Shown here: in pieces, positions 10,000 through 17,141 of the stretch
Layout: every line of letters starts with the position of its first letter
Position numbering within the stretch: the first letter of the stretch is position 1
From: Octopus sinensis
Taxonomy: Eukaryota
Assembly (NCBI RefSeq): GCF_006345805.1
Contig: NW_021824946.1
Span: 1 to 17,141, forward strand
Reading direction: 5' to 3'
DNA: 17,141 nt
Position numbers and translations under genes: made by a program
Notes under the pieces: model-generated
Told to the model about the DNA's origin: nothing
The model's database searches: none
Seen by the model: only the letters and a program-made list of their open reading frames with translations

Positions 10000-10364
10000 C
10001 CCCGTGCCGGTGACACGTAAAAGCACCGTCCGTTCGTGGCCGGTTGCCAGCTCTGTCTGGCCCCGTGTCGGTGGCACGTAAAAGCACCATCCGTTCGTGT
10101 CCGTTGCCAGCATCGCCTGGCCCCGTGCCGGTGACACGTAAAAGCACCATCCGTTCGTGGCCGTTCGCCAGCTCTGTCTGGCCCCCGTGTTGGTGGCACG
10201 TAAAAGCACCATCCGCTCGTGGCCGTTTGCCAGCATCGCCTGGCCCCGTGCCGGTGACACGTAAAAGCACCATCCGTTCGTGTCCGTTGCCAGCATCGCC
10301 TGGCCCCGTGCCGGTGACACGTAAAAGCACCATCCGTTCGTGGCCGTTCGCCAGCTCTGTCTGG
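10000..10364 (+). repeat. GC-rich minisatellite, six 60-62 bp units, within a SINE-like element
   Basis: Units start at 10000, 10061, 10121, 10182, 10244, 10304. Consensus ccccgtgccggtgacacgtaaaagcaccatccgttcgtggccgttgccagc(tctgt|atcgc)ctgg. Confidence 0.95.
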
Positions 10365-10542
10365 CACCTGTGCAGGTGGCACGTAAAAAACACCCACTAC
10401 ACTCGCAGAGTGGTTGGCGTTAGGAAGGGCATCCAGCCGTAGAAACACTGCCAGATCTGACTGGGCCTGACGAAGCCTTCCAGCTTCACAGACCCCAGTT
10501 GACCCGTCCAACCCATGCTAGCATGATGATGATGATGATGAT
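10365..10542 (+). mobile_element. 3' body of SINE-like retroposon with (GAT)n tail
   Basis: gcacgtaaaaaacacccactacactc...ggcgttaggaagggcatccagccgtagaaac...ccatgctagcatgatgatgat; homologous to 15100-15286. Confidence 0.85.
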
Positions 10543-10621
10543 TCAGTTGTTAAACATAAGTAAATCTTGGAATTAAATGGTTTTGATTTGCTGTCCGGTG
10601 ATTTTGGCCAGCCCTTAACGC

Positions 10622-11035
10622 ATTGGGCTGAGGAATAATTCATAGGCCTTTTCTTCACATTTAACAATGTGCACGGAAATAAAATACATTGGCAAAACGT
10701 TTTATGTTATTTGAGAGAAATTTCTGCTCAACAAGATAATGTATTTTGATTTTTGTGCATTTTCAGATCATTAAAATGCACTTTCAAGAGGAAAAAACTT
10801 AGCATTTTCGACACCATTTGCTTTTTCATTTAATCAATTTGTTAATCCTGCCAAAGCTGCTTTTGAGATTTGTCCTGTGTATTGAGAAGGAGCAATTTCT
10901 CAAACTACTACCCACCATTGGTTTTTGAGCTTCAAAAATGGGAATTTTGACCTCAAGGATGGATTACACAGCAGTCAACCAATTCAGTTCAATGAAAAGT
11001 GATTGAATCATCTTCTTCACAAAAATTCACATAAA
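10622..11035 (+). mobile_element. Mariner relic: 5' TIR-like end and N-terminal HTH part of the transposase (ATG 10776)
   Basis: MHFQEEKT*HFRHHLLF..FNQ..AKAAFEICPVY*EGAISQTTTHHWF..FKNGNFDLKDGLHSSQPIQFNEK*LNHLLHKN; attgggctgaggaataattcat resembles a mariner TIR. Confidence 0.85.
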
Positions 11036-11076
11036 TATGAACTTACTGTGCTTTGAAACACATCTTATATATATAT

Positions 11077-11111
<35 letters not shown>

Positions 11112-11138
11112 ACACACACACATATATATATATATATA

Positions 11139-11214
11139 CTTTATTTAAAGCAGCAGAAAATTCAACAAAATCTGTTACTCATTGGAGGCATCTACATCAT
11201 TTTGACAGCCTCCA
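11139..11214. mobile_element. Terminal fragment of the same repeat family as the 16539-16662 hairpin
   Basis: 11139-11180 matches 16539-16581 with one indel and one mismatch; followed by hairpin tggaggc/gcctcca. Confidence 0.75.
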
Positions 11215-11235
11215 GAGAAGCATACATACACACGT

Positions 11236-11282
<47 letters not shown>

Positions 11283-11349
11283 TATATACACACACATACG
11301 TTCGTGCTGTCTACTTGACCTCCACTCTCATATCTTCTTCCATTCTGTA

Positions 11350-12030
11350 TTTATAGTGATGATACTTCAGAATCAGGGATGCTGGTGTGTAAGGTTGTAA
11401 GAGTTTGGGAGAAAAGGAGGTGAATGCAAACCATGGAATAAAACAGGTCAAATGAACATAGGAGTTGTAATAAATCATGAACAGGGAAAGGATTTACGTA
11501 TATAAGTGGACACAGTAAGAAAAAGGAATAGATGCTGACTGGAAATAGTACAAGGGAAAGGAAGTGGCAACTCACAGTACAGAGATGGCAATATGTATGG
11601 TATAAATGTATGGTGTATTCTGCTTTTGTCTCTTACAGCAGCAGAATAGCACTTTCGACAGGAGAATGATAGAGGGCTCATTATAGGGTCATGAGTTGTG
11701 GGGCTGGCAGTTGTGATTGGTGGGGAAATTAAGAAAGGGATACCGATTTGAAGGGTGGAGGATCATTTGTGGTAGGAACATGGAATGGATGTCTGTTGGA
11801 AGTGGCAGCAGATGTAAGATGTGGCGATTAGTGGAAAAAGGGAAAATCAATAACAACAGTGGAGGTTAGCTCATTGATGGTAAGGATAGAGGACAAATGT
11901 CAATAGGAGGTGAACCATACTTTGGAGATGTTTTTAATGGCAGGAAGAGGAAATGTGAAGAAGAGAAAGATGCAGTTTAGAAGAGCTGATTTAGTTCGGT
12001 TCTTGGGGTAGCATTGTGTGAAAACATTGT
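11350..12030 (-). mobile_element. Highly decayed Penelope-like (linker/GIY-YIG) fragment
   Basis: Minus-strand remnants CQPHNS (cf. RQPPNL), FSCRKC, PCT and CPLIYV (cf. C..YIG). Purine-rich + strand like the other PLE relics. Confidence 0.4.
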
Positions 12031-12656
12031 TGCATATAAAATATACACTATCTATATAATAATTTGCTTCTTTCTTCACCTGTTATACTATAGTTTGTTA
12101 GAGAGGTGGAAGTGGAATGAGTGAGAGGTTGAGTAAAAGTGAGAGAAAAAGGGAGAAATGTGGGTAGAGAAGCAAGAAGAAGAGAGGAGTATAATAATAC
12201 ACTAAGGTCAAATGCATCACGTAGTTAGTTGAGGGGGGAGGCAAAGAGCAAGACACAACTACAATGAGAGGAAAGTGGGAGAGAGAGAAGTGTTAATGAC
12301 ATGCTGTAGGGTGGAAAGAGAAAGAGGGAAATGTTAAAGACATGAAGAGGGGAATTACATGGTTAAAATGTTTGTTGAAGAGGTAGAGAGAAAGAGAGAA
12401 ATATAAGGTGCTTAGCAGAAGGAAATTTCAAAATCATATACTATTTTGCAACTGGAAGTGAAATCACTTAGCAAAATACAAATAACAATCATCCTTTCTT
12501 TCTTAAATAGCTTTGCTTAATCTCTTTCGTTCTGTGGAATTTCCACAGATCTCACTAGTATTTTATTTTTTTTAGTTACTTTTTGTACAATATCAAAATA
12601 TTAAAACTATCCTCTCCAAACAATAAATGTGCACATCTTTCTATAATTTTTTGAAG

Positions 12657-12716
12657 CTAATGAAGAGCAATATGCTGAAGCTAGTGGGCCCAGTTATTTA
12701 GAATTGAAACCAGCAG
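12657..12716 (+). CDS. Internal exon B (60 nt, phase 1-1): TNEEQYAEASGPSYLELKPA
   Basis: Acceptor tctttctataattttttgaAG, donor cag|GTaagtata, open frame in phase with exons A and C. Confidence 0.7.
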
Positions 12717-12935
12717 GTAAGTATAAACAATATTGTTAGTACACAGCATGATCTTAGAAATTATCTTAAACAGTCATGAAAGCTAACAGTCATGAAATGT
12801 ATCATTCTCTAACTTTTATCTTTTAATATGTGTGTATGAGTGTGTTTGAGTCTGTCTCATTAGCATTTATGATTGTAGTATCAACACAATACTAACATAA
12901 CGCTATTTATTGTTTTTATTTCTAATTTTTTAAAG

Positions 12936-12977
12936 ACATGAAGATTTCTTACGTTAATGTTTCAAGGAAACCTGATG
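12936..12977 (+). CDS. Internal exon C (42 nt, phase 1-1): DMKISYVNVSRKPD
   Basis: Acceptor tttttatttctaattttttaaAG, donor atg|GTaagtata, open frame. Confidence 0.7.
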
Positions 12978-13081
12978 GTAAGTATATAAGCAATCGAATA
13001 ATAAAATTTCATTCATTAGAGCAAGAGTTAGCAACATTTTGGTTCACTCTTTCTTTGAGTAGTATAGGCAGCTTAATGCAT

Positions 13082-13438
13082 GTCTTTCATTTGTTCCAGT
13101 CATTGGACTGCAGCCATGCTAAGGCACCACTTTCAAGGGTTCAGTCCAACAAATCCACCCGAGTACTTATTATTTTTAAGCCTTTTACTTATTCTATTGG
13201 TTTCTTTTGCTAAACTGCTAAGTTCTGTGGATGTGAACAAACCAACACAAGTGTCAAGTGGTGATGGGGATCAAACGCAAAGGCACACACACTCCCTTAT
13301 ATATATACCAAATCCATTCACAAGATTTTGGTCCGCCCAGGATTATAGCAGAATACACTCGCCCAACGTGCCTCATCATATGACGAAACCCAGACCCATT
13401 TGTTTGGAAATTAAACTTCTTACCTCACAGCCACACCT
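13082..13438 (-). mobile_element. Full-length older copy of tRNA-derived SINE (family of 16752-17141)
   Basis: Reverse complement aligns by eye from head (aggtgtggctgtgaggtaag) to tail (gcatggctgcagtccaatgactggaacaaatgaaa). Confidence 0.85.
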
Positions 13439-14084
13439 AAAAACCTTTCAAAATATTAAAATTCCATTGCATATACGATAAACTTCTTACAGATATTCCT
13501 ATTTAACTCTGATATTTTACCTTTTTATCAATCCTTACCCTTAATAATGCAGTTCATAAAAATTTACTTTGTTGGCTTTATTTGTACAAAAAAATCCAAA
13601 TAATTAAGTAATAATGAATTCAGTAGATATTTGCCAAGGCATGAGACACAATGAATGGGAATAAATTTGCAATAGTAAATGTGATTAACTGTTCTCCTCC
13701 AGTATCCAAAATCACTCCTGTTTATTTATAACTCTAGCAAGAAATTTATCTTAGAAAAACCCTTGTTGCTCTAAACATATTTGTGAATAGCTTCCCTTAA
13801 TGTTAATATCACAATTAAATATTGAAGTGATAGAAATAGTACACACTGTACTAAATATTGACAATTAAATTTAGTGTTAGTACATTTTGAGATTATATCC
13901 CAGAGAAGTACACTTTGTACAATCAGCCTCTCAATAAGTTCTACTTTTACATAATCATTAGCATTTTGCTCATAGAATAAAATTTTGGGTGCCACTTTAC
14001 TGAGGAAGCCTCTTTCAGAAGTCTAATTTTGAAATGGCATATTAACCAAAATTACTCTTTGTTTACTCTTGTTCATACCAATAG

Positions 14085-14122
14085 ATTTATTAGACAATAC
14101 TTTTCTTTTATACAATATGTAA
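14085..14122 (+). CDS. Candidate terminal coding exon DLLDNTFLLYNM-stop (one of three alternatives)
   Basis: Acceptor ctctttgtttactcttgttcataccaatAG; phase 1 fits exon C. Alternatives start at 13703 and 14128. Confidence 0.3.
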
Positions 14123-14201
14123 ATGAGAGGATGAAGAACATATTCAGTACATGGACTTCGCCTGGATTTAAGTATTTTTTGTTTTAAAATACATGTGTTT
14201 G

Positions 14202-14319
<118 letters not shown>

Positions 14320-14324
14320 GATAT

Positions 14325-14671
14325 ATGGAGTTAAACGCAGGTTTATTCAAATTCTTTTACTTCCGACATGTTTCAAAGATATCACTGGTATTATTCCAAA
14401 GGAATTACCCCTCCTCTTTCTATAGGCTACCTTTGACGCTGTATCCTCTAACGTTTTTTTTAAAAACAAACTTAATAGCGTTCAGTCAATCACTATACAT
14501 ATCCATCATTTTCTGTTAAAACATCTTAATGACGAGTTTCATTTCTTCATTTCCTGAAGAGAAGATTACGTTGTTTTACACCATTTTATTCCTTTGGAAT
14601 AATACCAGTGATATCTTCGAAACATGTGTTGGAAGTAAAAGAATTTGCATAACACCTGCGTTTAACTCCAT
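14325..14671. mobile_element. PLE pLTR-like element with 81/84-nt terminal inverted arms
   Basis: 14325-14405 versus reverse complement of 14588-14671: 78 identities in 84 columns by hand alignment; contains a hammerhead motif. Confidence 0.85.
14550..14636 (+). ncRNA. Type I hammerhead ribozyme motif, canonical core
   Basis: CUGAAGA 14554-14560; stem II gaagau/aucuuc (14561-14566/14613-14618); GAA 14619-14621; stem III ACA-ug-UGU; GUU triplet ending 14630; stem I uuuc/ggaa. Confidence 0.65.
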
Positions 14672-14835
14672 TTATTTATTTATATATATTATACAAAATA
14701 TTTCACATAAACCTGGTGTTTCTACCTTTAAAAATAAGGTTACAACCTTTTTACTTGTATGATTTCTTGCTACCCCGTAAATATTTGTCTATTTTTTTCT
14801 GTGTTAATTGTTTCGAAATTGAACCAATCCTATGA

Positions 14836-15286
14836 CTGGCACCTGGCAGTTGCCAGTGCTGCTGGACTGACTCGTGTGCAGGTGGCAAGTAAAGAAACAC
14901 CGTTCCAACCTTGTGTTTCAGGAGACCTATTGAGTGAAGTACATCAACATCAAAAATCAATGGAAATTGCAGTTGTGATCCCTCTGCCAGTGGCACGTAA
15001 AAAGCACCATCCGAACGTGGCTGAATCCAGCGCTGCCTTGACTGGCTTCCATGCCAGTGGAACGTGAAAAGCACCAACTGATCGTGGCCATTGCCAGCCT
15101 TGCCTGGCACGTAAAAAGCACCCACTACACTCACGGAGTGGTTGGTGTTAGGAAGGGCATCCAGCTGTAGAAACACTGCCAGATCAGACAGGAGCCTGGT
15201 GCAGCCTTCTGGCTTCCCAGACCCCGGTCGAACCGTCCAATCCATGCTAGCATGGAAAATGGACGTTAAACAATGATGATGATGAT
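14836..15286 (+). mobile_element. SINE-like retroposon with degenerate internal repeats and (GAT)n tail
   Basis: Three cacgtaaaaagcacc-type units, then ggaagggcatccagctgtagaaac...ggacgttaaacaatgatgatgatgat. Confidence 0.85.
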
Positions 15287-15309
15287 AAATATATATATAA
15301 AATATACAT

Positions 15310-15310
15310 T

Positions 15311-15392
<82 letters not shown>
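15310..15392. repeat. (TA)n microsatellite
   Basis: Direct reading. Confidence 0.95.
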
Positions 15393-15396
<4 letters not shown>

Positions 15397-15440
15397 AAAC
15401 AAGTCAAAAATAGAAAATGCTAAAATAATTTTATAGTGAA

Positions 15441-15487
15441 CATTTCAGTACCGGTTTCGGTCATTTTGAGACCTTTTCAACTGTAAC
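15441..15487 (-). ncRNA. Minimal type I hammerhead ribozyme, C3U/G8A covariant core
   Basis: Minus strand guuacag-UUGAAAA-GGUC-ucaaaau-GACC-GAA-ACCGGU-A-cugaaau: stem I cag/cug, perfect 4-bp stem II, palindromic stem III, GUA triplet. Confidence 0.75.
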
Positions 15488-15835
15488 GATTAAATAATTA
15501 ACTTTAGAAAAATTAGAAGAAAAGTTTTTTTAAAGGAATATTTCTATAGTAGTGTTCAGATATAAGTAGCATTCTGCCTTTCTCTGACTTCCTTGTTTGC
15601 ACTTGTGTGTTGGAGGTAGTTGTGAGTTCTTGGTAGGGTAGTAGGGGAAGAAGGCTGATGAGGAAAGGGGGTGGGAGAATCTGGGAGTGCCCTGATGGTC
15701 GTATTTTGAATGGTCAGTGGCGGCTGGCAGTCGCAGTTCAATTCAGGAGAATATTTCTATTGAAAGGCTTGTTTATAGAATTTGCGTAGGTGTTATACTA
15801 AGAAACGTTAGTGACAAAGTTAAGGGGTAGAAGGT

Positions 15836-16001
15836 GGAGAAGTAGAAGAAGAAGAAGATGACGATGTTGATGATGATGATGATGAAGAAGAAGAAGAAGG
15901 AGAAGGAGAAGATGACGATGATGGTGATGGTGGTGATGGTTATGACGACGATGATGATGATAATGATGATGATGAAGAAGAAGAGGAAGAAGAAGAAAAA
16001 A
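15836..16001. repeat. Compound (GAA)/(GAT)/(GGT)n microsatellite
   Basis: Direct reading; source of the poly-H/L and poly-M/K ORFs. Confidence 0.9.
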
Positions 16002-16165
16002 ACAGAGAAGGGAAAATATGAATGGGTTAAAGTAGTGAGGTGTTGTATGACTTGAAGTTGGCATGTTATGGATTATAGCTGTGATTTTAGCTGTGATTAG
16101 TAATGGATTCTTTGGAATGTAATATTTGTGTGTGAATATTTCTTTTATTCTAAAGTTGAGGTATA

Positions 16166-16510
16166 TTAATTGTTTGTCGTAGACCCGTTAAGAAGTGGCC
16201 TGTATTTTGCAATAAAGAGAGTTTCTTTACTTATTCGTTGTCTCGAGGTTGTATCGTCCCTAAATTGGTAGAGGGGGAAAATCCTGAAGCTTGGTGTTTT
16301 TTTGTTGGCGCAAGTATCTATGTGTTAGCTAAAAGCTATTTTTCTGTTTTGGGGAATTTTTATCTGGGATCTGTGCAGGGCCATTCGTTTACGCAAACTA
16401 TTTTTTGTTTGGCCTATGTACTGCTCTTGACACCTGGAGCAGGTTAGTGAGTATATTAGGTTCTCCGAAGCACATGTGAAGTTGCTTTTCACTGTAAACA
16501 TGTCAAAAGC
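16166..16510 (-). pseudogene. PLE GIY-YIG endonuclease domain, 115 codons with one internal stop (plus 16325-16327)
   Basis: AFDMFTVKSNFTCASENLIYSLTCSRCQEQYIGQTKNSLRKRMALHRSQIKIPQNRKIAFS*HIDTCANKKTPSFRIFPLYQFRDDTTSRQRISKETLFIAKYRPLLNGSTTNN*; IY..C..C..YIG.T..R..H..E..LN pattern. Confidence 0.92.
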
Positions 16511-16538
16511 TATATATATATATATATATATATATATA

Positions 16539-16662
16539 CTTTATTTAAAAGCAGCAGAAAATTCAACAAAACCTGTTACTCTGAGTTTCACGTTCCCGTT
16601 CGTCGAACATTTTTTGCTAGAATAACAGGTTTTGTTGAATTTTCTGCTGCTTTTAAATAAAG
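16539..16662. repeat. Perfect 40-bp inverted repeat with 44-nt spacer
   Basis: 16539-16578 is the exact reverse complement of 16623-16662. Confidence 0.97.
16574..16609 (-). ncRNA. Minimal type I hammerhead-like motif with variant core
   Basis: Minus strand ugu-UCGACGA-ACG-ggaa-CGU-GAA-ACU-cag-AGU-A-aca; core deviates at positions 3 and 4; GUA triplet. Confidence 0.55.
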
Positions 16663-16751
16663 CATATTACTCTACCCCTGGTATTTGAGTACTCTTTTTT
16701 CCACCTTGTTTCACATTTATGTGTTTACTCTGGTATATATATATATATTTA

Positions 16752-17141
16752 GATGCAGGAGTGGCTGTGTGGTAAGTAGCTTGCTAACCAACCACATGGT
16801 TCCGGGTTCAGTCCCACTGCGTGGCACCTTGGGCAAGTGTCTTCTGCTATAGCCCCGGGCCGACCAATGCCTTGTGAGTGGATTTGGTAGACAGAAACTG
16901 AAAGAAGCCTGTCGTATATATGTATATATATATGTGTGTGTGTCTGTGTTTGTACCCCCAACATCGCTTGACAACCGATGCTGATGTGTTTACGTCCCCG
17001 TCACTTAGCAGTTCAGCAAAAGAGACCGAAAGAGTAAGTACTAGGCTTAAAAAGAATAAGTCCCGGGGTCGATTTGCTCGACTAAAGGCGGTGCTCCAGC
17101 ATGGCCACAGTCAAATGACTGAAACAAATAAAAGAGTAAAA
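16752..17141 (+). mobile_element. Young tRNA-derived SINE with CORE-like central motif
   Basis: A-box tggctgtgtgg 16762-16772, B-box ggttcagtccc 16805-16815, accttgggcaagt (CORE-like), internal (TA)/(TG) run, A-rich tail at the window end. Confidence 0.9.

Larger units (their letters stand above)
15393..16510 (-). mobile_element. 5'-truncated Penelope-like element: GIY-YIG, 3' region with trinucleotide repeat, terminal hammerhead
   Basis: GIY-YIG frame at 16166-16510 and hammerhead at 15441-15487 on the same strand; bounded by (TA)n at both ends. Confidence 0.7.

Noticed and set aside
9762-10511. 249-aa repetitive ORF and overlapping ORFs; CRISPR-like periodicity
   Set aside because: Stop-poor GC-rich minisatellite. 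Units are contiguous near-identical repeats with no unique spacers, there are no cas genes, and the context is eukaryotic.
10767-11035. Strong acceptor ttttgtgcattttcAG followed by ATG, as a host exon
   Set aside because: Translation is a mariner transposase N-terminus with stops and frameshifts; at most a cryptic acceptor
14751-15245. 164-aa and 102-aa ORFs
   Set aside because: Lie within a SINE-like repeat; similar peptides arise from the other copies
15798-16064. Poly-His/Leu and poly-Met/Lys ORFs
   Set aside because: Frames of the (GAT)/(GAA)n microsatellite
16752-16820. tRNA gene
   Set aside because: A/B boxes are present but there is no cloverleaf or terminator; it continues into a SINE body with other copies in the window

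Overview
AT-rich eukaryotic genomic DNA, dense in microsatellites and transposable elements. The SINE families and (TA)n load suggest an octopod cephalopod (inference from memory of these repeats, no search run). There are no prokaryote-like features, and nearly all ORFs in the supplied track are artefacts of simple repeats or TEs. Supported content: (i) three short + strand, phase-1/phase-1 internal exons (8830-8871, 12657-12716, 12936-12977) that splice in frame to a Tyr-motif-rich peptide resembling a receptor/adaptor cytoplasmic tail; the 5' and terminal exons are uncertain. (ii) A CpG-rich, CCAAT/E2F-bearing promoter-like patch at ~100-400. (iii) Several Penelope-like element (PLE) relics with RT-thumb and/or GIY-YIG coding remnants. 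(iv) Four hammerhead-ribozyme-like motifs with different core variants, two embedded in long inverted repeats. (v) A full-length decayed Tc1-like element with TIRs and TA duplication, nested in a PLE. (vi) A mariner relic, a CR1-like LINE 3' end, many tRNA-type SINEs, and a 60-62 bp minisatellite inside a SINE.
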